From assembly GCA_963707505.1 (NCBI GenBank), contig CAVPQB010000001.1:32001-96000 (forward strand): a DNA stretch of 64,000 bases, written 5' to 3'. Of the stretch, positions 10,271 through 22,069 are shown piece after piece. A program made the position numbers and the translations under genes. Position 1 is the stretch's first letter; each line of letters begins with the position of its first letter. The notes below the pieces were generated by a model that did not search any database, had not been told where the DNA came from, and was given only the letters and a program-made list of their open reading frames with translations. This DNA comes from an uncultured Gemmatimonadales bacterium. GTDB lineage: Bacteria; Gemmatimonadota; Gemmatimonadetes; Gemmatimonadales; Gemmatimonadaceae.

Positions 10271-12514
10271 GCGAGGTAAACGCAGGGCTCGCTGCATCGC
10301 TTGCCGGCCGCTACCGTATCGAGCGCGAGCTCGGCGCGGGCGGCATGGCCACAGTTTATCTCGCGCATGACGTCAGGCACGATCGCAGTGTCGCGATCAA
10401 GGTGCTGCGTTCCGACATCGCACAGACCATCGGAGCAGATCGCTTCCTGCGCGAGATACAGCTCGCCGCAAAGCTGAACCATCCCAACATACTCGCACTC
10501 TTCGACTCCGGCCACGCAGGTGATGCACTGTTCTACGTGATGCCTGCGGTGGAAGGACAGTCGCTGCGCGAGCGTATGACACGTCACAGAATGCTCCCGG
10601 TCGATGAAGCGGTGCGCATTGCAATCGAAGTAGCAGGCGCGCTCGATTACGCTCATCGCCACGGCGTGGTGCACCGCGACATCAAGCCCGAGAACATTCT
10701 CTTCCAGGAAGGTCACGCGCTCGTCGCCGACTTCGGAATCGGCAAGGCGTTGAGCGCAGTCGAAGGTGAAACGTTCACTCAGACTGGTGCAAGTGTCGGC
10801 ACTCCGGCATACATGAGTCCGGAGCAGGCCGCTGGCGACAGCGTCGATGGCAGAAGCGACATCTACTCGCTGGGCTGCGTGCTGTACGAGATGCTCGTCG
10901 GCGAGCAACCTTTCACCGGCCCCACAGTACAGGCGGTGATCGCCAAGCGCTTCGTGCAGACACCAGTCGATGTCGCGGCTTTGCGTGATGGCGTACCCCG
11001 CCCTGTCGCACGTGCCCTGCAACGCGCGCTCGCACGCATACCCATCGACCGCTACGAAACCGGAGCTCTCTTCGTTACGTCACTCAGCGAGATCGAAGCT
11101 GCTGTCGCCGAAGAACGCTGCGCCGGAGAAATCGCTCGCAGTATTGCCATTCGTCAACATGAGTGCTGACCCCGAGAACGAATTCTTCGCCGATGGAATA
11201 ACAGAAGAGATCCTCAACGCACTCGCGACCATTCCCGACCTGCGCGTCGCAGGTCGTACGTCGTCGTTCTCATTCAAGGGCAAGAACGTCGACCTCAAAT
11301 CGATCGGCGAGCAGCTCAACGTGCGAACGGTGCTGGAAGGCTCTGTGCGTCGCTCTGGAAAGCGGGTGCGAATCACTGCGCAGCTGAGCGACGTCGCCGA
11401 CGGATTCCGCATGTGGTCGGAGCGGTACGACCGGGAGATCGAGGACGTCTTCGCCGTACAGGACGAGATTGCATCGGCGATTGCAGAGAAGATGAAAACC
11501 AGCCTGCAACCGGTTAACGACAGCGAGGGTGCAGAACGCGCTCCGGGCAACATCGAAGCATACGAAGCGTACCTCAAGGGACGCGCACTCTTCTACCGTC
11601 GCGGTAGAGGAATGTACGATGGACTCAAGCTCATGCAGCGCGCGCTGGAGCTCGACCCCGAGTACGCGCTGGCGTGGGCCGGCCTCGCGGACGGTTACTC
11701 GATGCTCGGCTACTTCGGAATGCTCTCACCGGAATCGGCGTCGGGACCCGCGCACGAAGCCGCCGCCAATGCACTCAGATTTGGGCCAGGGCTCGCCGAG
11801 TCGCACAGCGCCGCGGCGCAGGTCGCGCTGTTGTTCGACTGGGACTGGGTGCAGACCGAGCTGTCGTTCCGTCGCGCACGGGAGATCAATCCGGCGTACG
11901 CTCAGGCCGCAGCGTGGTACGCGCTGTTCTTCCTCGGCTTCGTGGGTTGGCGCTGGGATGAGGCGATCGCGGTTGCGCGCGAGCTGCATAGTGGCGAGCC
12001 ACTTTCTGCTTATGTAACCAGTATCATGGGATTCTGCTACAGCTTCGGCGCACATCCGGATGAAGGCCTCGAGTGGGCGATGCGAGCATTGCCGCTCGAC
12101 CCTACTGCGTTCATCACACTCTGGTCGCTTCAGTTCGCGCAGTACTATGCACATCAGTACGAAGCCTCGATCGCCACTGGCGATGTATTACTCGCCGCGT
12201 CCGGCCGCCATCCGTGGGCGCTGTTGTTCTCCGTGCTGGCATCGGTCGAATACGGCGATATCCCGGGCGCCCGCGCGATCGTGGCAGAGATGGAGGCGCG
12301 GTCGGCGCGGGAATACATCAGTCCGTTCCACCGCGGGTATGCCGCCGTGCTAATCGGCGACGAGAGCGCCGCAAATAAGCTTCTGCGCGAAGCGGCGGCG
12401 AGGCGTGACCCCGGTATCCCGGTCTTCTGCCGCCTTGCGGGCGAAGTTCCGGCGATGAGCAAACTCCCAGCGTATCAGGAATTATTGCGCGCGCTGCGTC
12501 TACCGGGCCTCTAG
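10267..12514 (+). pseudogene. Ser/Thr protein kinase STK5 (kinase + TolB-N-like + TPR, no TM), split by one +1 frameshift near 11105 (pseudogene or sequence error)
   Basis: ORF 10267-11169 holds a full kinase domain. ORF 10970-12514 (+1 frame) holds PKNAAPEKSLAVLPFVNMSADPENEFFADGITEE and TPRs. Removing one base near gtc-g-ccg-aag restores a single gene. GTGA overlap with STK4. Confidence 0.85.
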
Positions 12515-12542
12515 TCGGCTATTACACGACGCCACAGATCCT

Positions 12543-12935
12543 ATGACGCCTCGCATCCGCATCTTCATAACCGCGATCATCGCCATCGTCGCATTCGACG
12601 CACTCGCAGCGGTCGCCTCCCGCGCAACCGGCTTCCCATATTTTTGGGCGAGCTTCGGATCGTGGATTCTCTACATCGGAATCGGCTACTTTGCCGGCGG
12701 AGCAATGCCGGAATCGCCGATACGCGTGGCCACCATCACTGGTCTTGTATCAGGAATCGCGGACGCGTCACTCGGCTGGGCGACGTCATGGGTCATCGGC
12801 CCAGGTAAAGTCGCAGGCGGAATTACAGCCGCGCAGTGGCTCTTCACAGCGATTTTCGTCGCTGCTCTGGCCACCGGATTCGCGGCACTCGGCGGCGTCA
12901 TCGCACGTGCGAGGCGCGGATCACGGTTGTCGTAA
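12543..12935 (+). CDS. Small integral membrane protein (about 4 TM), hypothetical
   Basis: 130 aa with four hydrophobic segments; ATG start 28 bp after the STK5 stop. Confidence 0.75.
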   Translation: MTPRIRIFITAIIAIVAFDALAAVASRATGFPYFWASFGSWILYIGIGYFAGGAMPESPIRVATITGLVSGIADASLGWATSWVIGPGKVAGGITAAQWLFTAIFVAALATGFAALGGVIARARRGSRLS

Positions 12936-12961
12936 CGCGAGATCGCCTGACCGATCTCGCG
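12936..12961 (+). terminator. GC-rich hairpin after the kinase operon (possible terminator, no U-tract)
   Basis: cgcgagatcg-cctgac-cgatctcgcg, a perfect 10-bp stem directly after TAA. Confidence 0.45.
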
Positions 12962-12979
12962 CCACACGGCCGTAACCCG

Positions 12980-12985
12980 TATAAT
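12980..12985 (+). promoter_or_regulatory. Putative -10 box for the GGT gene
   Basis: Perfect TATAAT 60 bp upstream of ATG 13046 in a GC-rich background; no good -35. Confidence 0.35.
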
Positions 12986-13045
12986 CTGAACGAGCCCCTC
13001 GCTCGTTCCACATCTCGTTCCACGCAGCACTCCAACATTCCGTAA

Positions 13046-15088
13046 ATGCGAGTTTTCTCCCGCTACATCTCGACGTCAGCCAGCGTCGCCTCGCTCGCGA
13101 CCGCAGCTCTGTTCGCGCTCGTACCTCTCGCCGCTCATGCACAGCGCGCCGCGAGACCCAGAACCGCGCAACCGCGCCAGGCCGAAGATCCGCGCAATTC
13201 GCAGACGGAAAAGCCGCCGCTCCACGCCACTCACTGGCTCGCGATTACCGGTAAGCCGCTCTCCGCTACCGCTGGCGCGCTGATCTTCGCTCAGGGCGGC
13301 AACGCCGTCGACGCCGCAGCCGCGATGCTCGCTGCAGGTTGCACAATGTGGGACACGCTGTCGTGCGGTGGCGAGACACAGGCGCTCATATACAACCCGC
13401 ATACCAAAAAGGTGATCGGCATCGACGCACTCGGCGTCGCACCCACCGGCGCCACCGCAGAATACTATCACTCGAAAGGTTATAGATTCCCGCCCGAGTA
13501 CGGACCACTCGCCGCGGTTACGCCGGGCACAGTCGGCGGATTGCTCACCATGGTCGCCGAATACGGCAAGCTATCTCTCAAGCAGGTGCTGGCACCTGCA
13601 ATTCAGATGGCCGACGGCTATGCGATGGAGGCACAACTCTCCAACACCATCGAGCACTATCGCGACACCATCATGCAGTGGAAGTATTCGAGTGCCGTGA
13701 TGCTCACACATCCGGGTACCGCGCATCCGGCGCCAGAGCCCGGCGAGATCTTCAGACAGAAGGATCTCGCAGTCACGTGGCGCAAGCTCGTCGACACGGA
13801 GCAGCAAGCGCTGAAGCAGGGCAAGACGCGCAAGCAGGCGATCTATGCCGCGTACGACCGTTTCTACAAGGGTGACATCGCGGAAGAGATGGTGCGCGGC
13901 GTGCGCGAGGAGGGCGGACTCTTCACGATGCAGGATCTTGCCAACTGGAAGGTGCGCATCGAGGAGCCGCTGCACACGAATTACAAGGGCATCGAGGTGT
14001 ACAAGCTACCAATCTGGCAGCAGGGGCCCGCCATGCTCCAGGCTCTCAACATGCTCGAGAACACCGACGTCAGGAGCATGGGCTACAACTCGCCGAGGTA
14101 CATCAACACGCTGTACCAGACCATGAGTCTCGCATTCGCGGATCGCGACTTCTATTACGGCGATCCGTACTTCCCTCCTGAAGAACCGGTAAAGGGATTG
14201 ATGTCCAAGGCGTACGCAAAGGCGCGATTCGCCGAGATCGATACGACGAAGAACAACCCGAACGTCAAGCCCGGCGATCCGTATCCGTATCAGGGTGGAA
14301 CGAATCCATTCAAGACCCTGTTGGCGCAGTGGAATCCCGCCGACTTTTCACCCGCGAAGATGCAACCGCGAAGCGGCCAGCAGGACAAGACGCCGACGAA
14401 GGCAGACACGACAACTGAAAGCATCGCGAATGCATCAGGCGGCGCACTGGAATTCCTCCCCGACAATGCAACGCGTGCGGACTCAGCATTTACGAAGGAC
14501 TTCTACGCAGGCACCACATCCATCGAAGCATCCGATGCAGAAGGCTGGGTCGTATCGGTGACGCCAAGCGGCGGTTGGGTACCGGCCGTGATCGCAGGAC
14601 GAACTGGAATTGGTCTGAGCGAGCGCGCGCAGAGCTTCGTAACCGATGCGAAGGACGGACCGTTCAACGTGATCGAGCCCGGCAAGCGGCCACGTGTGAC
14701 GCTGACTCCTACGCTCGCATTGAAGGATGGCGCACCGTATCTCGCGTTCGCTGTGCAGGGTGGCGATTCGCAGGATCAGAATCTGCTGCAGTTCTTCCTC
14801 AACGTCGTCGAATTCGGGATGACCGTCCAGGAGGCAACCGAAGCACCGAACTTCAACAGCTATCAGATGCGGTCGTCGTTCGGCATGCACGAGCTGGAGC
14901 CGGGGAGGATGCTCGTCGCGACCTCGCTGCCCGATTCAACGCGTGACGCGCTCACACGAATGGGATACAAGCTCGAGTTCGCACAACGAACCTCGGGTCC
15001 CATCAACGCGATTTTCTTCGATGCGCAGCACCACAGCATGTGGGGCGGATCGAGCAATCATGGCGAGGATTACGGGATAGCCTGGTAA
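13046..15088 (+). CDS. Secreted gamma-glutamyltransferase family protein (Ntn hydrolase)
   Basis: Signal peptide (AHA|Q); GGNAVDAAAA, FYKGDIAE, LAFADRDFYYGDP, autocleavage GTTSIEASD, PGKRPRVTLTP, GGDSQDQ. Confidence 0.92.
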   Translation: MRVFSRYISTSASVASLATAALFALVPLAAHAQRAARPRTAQPRQAEDPRNSQTEKPPLHATHWLAITGKPLSATAGALIFAQGGNAVDAAAAMLAAGCTMWDTLSCGGETQALIYNPHTKKVIGIDALGVAPTGATAEYYHSKGYRFPPEYGPLAAVTPGTVGGLLTMVAEYGKLSLKQVLAPAIQMADGYAMEAQLSNTIEHYRDTIMQWKYSSAVMLTHPGTAHPAPEPGEIFRQKDLAVTWRKLVDTEQQALKQGKTRKQAIYAAYDRFYKGDIAEEMVRGVREEGGLFTMQDLANWKVRIEEPLHTNYKGIEVYKLPIWQQGPAMLQALNMLENTDVRSMGYNSPRYINTLYQTMSLAFADRDFYYGDPYFPPEEPVKGLMSKAYAKARFAEIDTTKNNPNVKPGDPYPYQGGTNPFKTLLAQWNPADFSPAKMQPRSGQQDKTPTKADTTTESIANASGGALEFLPDNATRADSAFTKDFYAGTTSIEASDAEGWVVSVTPSGGWVPAVIAGRTGIGLSERAQSFVTDAKDGPFNVIEPGKRPRVTLTPTLALKDGAPYLAFAVQGGDSQDQNLLQFFLNVVEFGMTVQEATEAPNFNSYQMRSSFGMHELEPGRMLVATSLPDSTRDALTRMGYKLEFAQRTSGPINAIFFDAQHHSMWGGSSNHGEDYGIAW

Positions 15089-15265
15089 CGCTGACTCACG
15101 GCACTGACCCCGCGTTGGACAACTGCCCAGCGCCCCGGTACCTTTGTTCCCCTGGGCAGGCGACAAGCAGGCTGTCATCAACTTCCGGGAACCCGTGCCG
15201 GCCAATCCGTCGGACAGTTCGTCGTTAGCAGCGTCCGTTAGCAACGCCCATCTCGCGGGCCGCCA

Positions 15266-17926
<2,661 letters not shown>

Positions 17927-18051
17927 TCCGCGATCGGACGATCGGCGACACAGTCAGCACGAGACGCTAGCGCGAAGCGACGGATCGAAGTATTCCTTGG
18001 AGCTGCACCACCGACACAGCTGCGTTCCCGCTCCGCTCCCATCGCGCACTA

Positions 18052-18636
18052 ATGGCTCTCAAGAAATCCGAACTTTATAGCTCCATCTGGCAAAGCTGCG
18101 ACGAGCTGCGTGGAGGGATGGATGCAAGCCAGTACAAGGATTACGTCTTCGTTCTGCTCTTCATCAAGTACGTCAGCGACAAGTACGCCGGCCAGCCTTA
18201 CGCGGCGATCGTCGTCCCGAAAGGTGCGAGCTTCAAGGACATGGTCGCGCTCAAGGGCCGAAGCGACATAAGGGCCAGAAGGGACGCTATCATGGCACAG
18301 TGGTATCGAGACCAGCTCAAGGCCGCGATTCCTTCCATACTCTCACGATGGCAGCCGCTGATGGGCGTGGAAGTGGAGCGATTCTTCGTGCAGCGAATGA
18401 AAACCATGTGGGGAAGCTGCAACCATAACGCGCGCACGATTCGCTTGAACGCTGAGCTTGCCCGGAAGCCCGCCGCGTGTCTGGAATACATAGTGGTTCA
18501 CGAGCTGGCACATCTGATCGAGCCGACCCACAACGCCCGATTCATCGCGTTAATGGATGGATTGATGCCGAAGTGGCGATCTCACCGTGACGTACTCAAC
18601 CGTCTTCCCATCCGGCAAGACACCTGGAGTTATTGA
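18052..18636 (+). pseudogene. In-frame chimera: type I R-M HsdM N-terminus (about 73 aa) fused to a YgjP/DUF45 (SprT/M48-like) C-terminal HExxH domain
   Basis: MALKKSELYSSIWQSCDELRGGMDASQYKDYV...LFIKYVSDKY is the HsdM_N signature. WYRDQLK...QRMKTMWGSCN...IRLNAEL...CLEYIVVHELAHLIEPTHNARF is the YgjP/DUF45 signature. No methyltransferase motifs remain. Confidence 0.85.
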
Positions 18637-21600
18637 TGCGAGCTCGCCCCAGTTCTATCGCGACGGCAACTGTAACAGCCGTCGCGTTGCTTCTCCTCGC
18701 CGCGCCTTCAAATCTTGCCGCGCAAGCTCACAATGCGCAGGAGCCCACCGCGCGCGCACCCGGCGCCGTCTCGTTCGACTCCGCGCATTTCGGCGGACTG
18801 CACTGGCGAAGTATCGGACCGTATCGCGGCGGCCGCGTCACAACGGTTGTTGGTGTTCCGACACAGCCGCTCACTTACTACATGGGCGCAACCGGTGGCG
18901 GCATATGGAAGACCAACGATGCTGGTAACTCCTGGCAGAACATCTCCGACGGAAAGCTTCACACCGGCTCCGTGGGATCGCTCGCAGTTGCCGCGAGCGA
19001 TCCGAACGTCATCTACGCGGGCATGGGCGAACGCGAGCCTCGCGGTCAGTCGTCGACGTGGGGCGACGGCGTCTACAGATCCACCGATGCAGGAAAGACC
19101 TGGGTCTCGCGCGGTCTCGAAAACACCAGATCGATCGCGCAGATCGTAATCGATCCGCACAATCCAGACATCGTTATCGCTGCAGCGGAGGGAAGCCGGT
19201 GGACACCCGGACCCGATCGTGGCATTTACAAGACGACCAACGGTGGGGCAAGCTGGAAGCTGGTCCTTCATACCGGCGACAGTGTTTCTGCGATCGACGT
19301 GAGCATGGATCCGTCCAATCCCCGTATTCTGTACGCCGCGATGTGGGATTTTCAGCGGCTACCGTGGCAGATCCGGAGCGGCGGACCCGGCAGCGCGATC
19401 TACAAGAGCACAGATGGTGGCGACACGTGGACCAGGCTCAGTGGCCATGGACTTCCCGCTGGAATAGTGGGCCGCATCGGCGTTGCCGTGTCACCCGCGA
19501 ATCCGAATCGCGTTTACGCGATCATCGAAGCCGCTGCAGACACCGGTGGCCTGTATCGCTCCGACGACGCGGGCGAGAGCTGGCATCATCTGTCCGCGGA
19601 GCGGCTGATTCGCTCGCGTGCGTGGTACTACACGCGCATCACCGCAGATCCGCAGGATGAGAACGTCGTCTATGTAATGAATGCTCCAGTAGTGAAATCG
19701 ATCGACGGCGGCAAGAGCTTTCAGGTTCTGCCTGCAAAGCACGGTGACAATCACGACCTGTGGATCAATCCGTTGAATCACAACGACATGATCAACGGCA
19801 ACGACGGCGGCGCGGCGATCACTCTCGACGGCGGCAAGACGTGGTCGTCACAGGACAACCAGCCGACGGGACAGATCTACCGCGTGAATACCGACGGCCA
19901 GTATCCGTACTGGGTATACGGCTCACAGCAGGACAACACGTCGGTAGCGATCGCAAGCGCGACAGCGCATGGTGGCATTACGACTTCCGACTGGTATCCC
20001 GTAGGCGGCTGCGAGAGCTCGCACATCGCATTCGATCCAGCCGATCCACGTTATCTGTACGCAGGATGCTATCAGGGTGCGATAAGCGAGTTCGACCGCG
20101 TCACGCAGCAGCAGCGAAGTGTCATGGAATATCCATCACTTGGCCTCTCCACATCGCCGGAGACGCAGAAGTATCGATTCAACTGGAGCGCACCGATCGC
20201 CACCTCGCCACTGGCGCGCAACATCATCTATCACGGCGGCAACGTTCTGTTCAGATCGAGCGACCGCGGCCAGAACTGGACCGCGATAAGCCCCGACCTG
20301 ACCCGTAACGAAAAGGCGCACCAGGGTCCTGGCGGCGCGCCGATCACCAACGAAGGCGCGGGTGGCGAGGTTTACAACACTATCTACTACATCGCACCGT
20401 CGCCCCGCGACACGAACACCATCTGGGTCGGCACCGACGATGGTCTGGTGCAGCTCACACGCGATGGTGGCCACAGCTGGACGAATGTCACACCGAAAGG
20501 ACTTCGGCCGGGCTTTGTAAACGCGATCGAGATATCACCGTTCGACGCCGGCACGGCGTACATGACGTACGATGGCTACAAGTGGAGCGACTGGTCTCCG
20601 CAGATCTACAGAACTACTGACTACGGCCGTACGTGGACCAAGCTCGTGAGCGGCATCCGCGATGGCGATCAGGTGCGCGTCGTGCGCGCGGACCCCGTGC
20701 GCCGCGGTCTGCTTTACGCCGGTACGGAGACTGGAGCATACGTCTCGTTCGACGATGGTCAGAAATGGGAAAGCCTGCAGGCCAATCTTCCCGTGGTCCC
20801 GGTCACCGATCTTCAGATTCGCAATGGCGATCTCGTTGCGTCCACCGAGGGACGCGCATTCTGGATCATGGACGACATCTCGCCTCTCCAGCAGCACGCT
20901 GAATCGATCCCTGCAAACGAATCACGCATCTTCAATCCACGGCCCGCGTACCTCACGCGTTGGGGATCGACCAACGCGCCGGACGCCGGTGCCAATCCGC
21001 CGAGCGGCGCAATCATCTATTACGACATCGCCGCCGGAACCGATTCGACAAAGGTGAAGCTCGAGCTGGTCGACGCAGCTGGTGCGACAGTTCGCACGTT
21101 CACGAGCAAGCCCAAGCCGACCGACGTCAACAGCGTCATTTCCGGCAAGCCCGGAATGCACCGCATGGTGTGGGACCTTCAAGCCTCGCAACTGGATGCA
21201 CCGAAGGGACTCACATTTTTCGGATCGATTTCGGGACCAGTCGTCGCGCCGGGCCAGTACACCGTGCGACTTACCGCAAACGGAAAGACGCTCACGGCTC
21301 CGCTTGATGTGCTACAGGACCCGCGCGTGCATCTCACCGCCGCGCAGTTCGCCGAACAGAGTCAGACGATGCGCGTCATCACCGATCGCGCTAACGCGAT
21401 CTTCCGCGATGCAAAGCGTCTCAATGACGTACGCGATCAGGTCAAGACAATCGTAGCGCACGCTGGTGATCTTCCGGACAGCGCGCAGGTGTCGTCCACA
21501 GGCAAGCACCTCGCAGCGCGGCTCGACTCACTCAGCATCGAGCTCGTGCAGCCACAGCACACCAACGGCCAGGACATCATCGGCTTCCCAAATGGCGTTG

Positions 21601-21800
21601 TGGATGACTGGCTGTACCTGGCGGGCAACATCGACGGCTCGTACATGCCGGTGACCGGCGGCGACAAGCAACGCCTGGCCGACCTTCAGCAGCAGTGGCT
21701 GGCGGTCCAGTCGCGCATCGACAGCCTGCTCGGCGCCGACGTCAGCGCGTTCAACACGATGCTCGGCGGCAAGGCGGTTGTGATCGTTCCGAAAGCGTAG
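18636..21800 (+). CDS. Secreted BNR/Asp-box (VPS10/sortilin-like) beta-propeller glycosyl hydrolase-like protein
   Basis: Signal peptide; WRSIGPYRGGRV; many S-x-D-x-G-x-T-W Asp-boxes. ATG overlaps the upstream TGA (TGATG). Confidence 0.9.
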   Translation: MRARPSSIATATVTAVALLLLAAPSNLAAQAHNAQEPTARAPGAVSFDSAHFGGLHWRSIGPYRGGRVTTVVGVPTQPLTYYMGATGGGIWKTNDAGNSWQNISDGKLHTGSVGSLAVAASDPNVIYAGMGEREPRGQSSTWGDGVYRSTDAGKTWVSRGLENTRSIAQIVIDPHNPDIVIAAAEGSRWTPGPDRGIYKTTNGGASWKLVLHTGDSVSAIDVSMDPSNPRILYAAMWDFQRLPWQIRSGGPGSAIYKSTDGGDTWTRLSGHGLPAGIVGRIGVAVSPANPNRVYAIIEAAADTGGLYRSDDAGESWHHLSAERLIRSRAWYYTRITADPQDENVVYVMNAPVVKSIDGGKSFQVLPAKHGDNHDLWINPLNHNDMINGNDGGAAITLDGGKTWSSQDNQPTGQIYRVNTDGQYPYWVYGSQQDNTSVAIASATAHGGITTSDWYPVGGCESSHIAFDPADPRYLYAGCYQGAISEFDRVTQQQRSVMEYPSLGLSTSPETQKYRFNWSAPIATSPLARNIIYHGGNVLFRSSDRGQNWTAISPDLTRNEKAHQGPGGAPITNEGAGGEVYNTIYYIAPSPRDTNTIWVGTDDGLVQLTRDGGHSWTNVTPKGLRPGFVNAIEISPFDAGTAYMTYDGYKWSDWSPQIYRTTDYGRTWTKLVSGIRDGDQVRVVRADPVRRGLLYAGTETGAYVSFDDGQKWESLQANLPVVPVTDLQIRNGDLVASTEGRAFWIMDDISPLQQHAESIPANESRIFNPRPAYLTRWGSTNAPDAGANPPSGAIIYYDIAAGTDSTKVKLELVDAAGATVRTFTSKPKPTDVNSVISGKPGMHRMVWDLQASQLDAPKGLTFFGSISGPVVAPGQYTVRLTANGKTLTAPLDVLQDPRVHLTAAQFAEQSQTMRVITDRANAIFRDAKRLNDVRDQVKTIVAHAGDLPDSAQVSSTGKHLAARLDSLSIELVQPQHTNGQDIIGFPNGVVDDWLYLAGNIDGSYMPVTGGDKQRLADLQQQWLAVQSRIDSLLGADVSAFNTMLGGKAVVIVPKA

Positions 21801-21802
21801 TT

Positions 21803-21899
21803 GGGGTCAGGTCTTGCGCCGTGCGCCTCTCCCGCGGCAGCGCAGGCTTTCGCCACACCGCGCGTGGATTTGACCGCGCTCGGCGCAAGACCTGACCCC
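21803..21899. repeat. REP/REPIN-like inverted repeat element
   Basis: ggggtcaggtcttgcgccg (21803-21821) and cggcgcaagacctgacccc (21881-21899) form a perfect 19-bp IR, 24 bp with one mismatch. Confidence 0.75.
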
Positions 21900-21973
21900 T
21901 TAGAACGATCGTTCGACGACGCTCGTCTCAACAAATCCTCCGCGTCGCGCGATATGTATGGGACGCAATGAAC

Positions 21974-22014
21974 CCAGACAGCGGGTCGACCCATCGAGGG
22001 GACCCGCTGTCTGG
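21974..22014. repeat. 14-bp inverted repeat in the S10 peptidase leader
   Basis: ccagacagcgggtc ... gacccgctgtctgg. Confidence 0.65.
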
Positions 22015-22069
22015 CGTCGTTCGTCCCACTTTAAGTGCCCGTGTGGACCACTACCTGGAGAAATTCGTC

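Noticed and set aside
12515..12965. Integron cassette interpretation of the small membrane gene (stop within TAAC followed by a palindrome)
   Set aside because: No GTTRRRY closing the hairpin, and the element is too short for an attC.
15089..15265. Possible riboswitch or integron att site (cgttagca x2, tgcccag/ctgggca IR)
   Set aside because: Only 7-8 bp matches, no attC/attI architecture, no integrase and no recognisable riboswitch consensus.
21925..21975. c-di-GMP-I riboswitch-like words (acaaatcc...gggacgcaa)
   Set aside because: No GNRA tetraloop stem or downstream P3/receptor is visible. An Infernal search against the c-di-GMP-I model would settle it.
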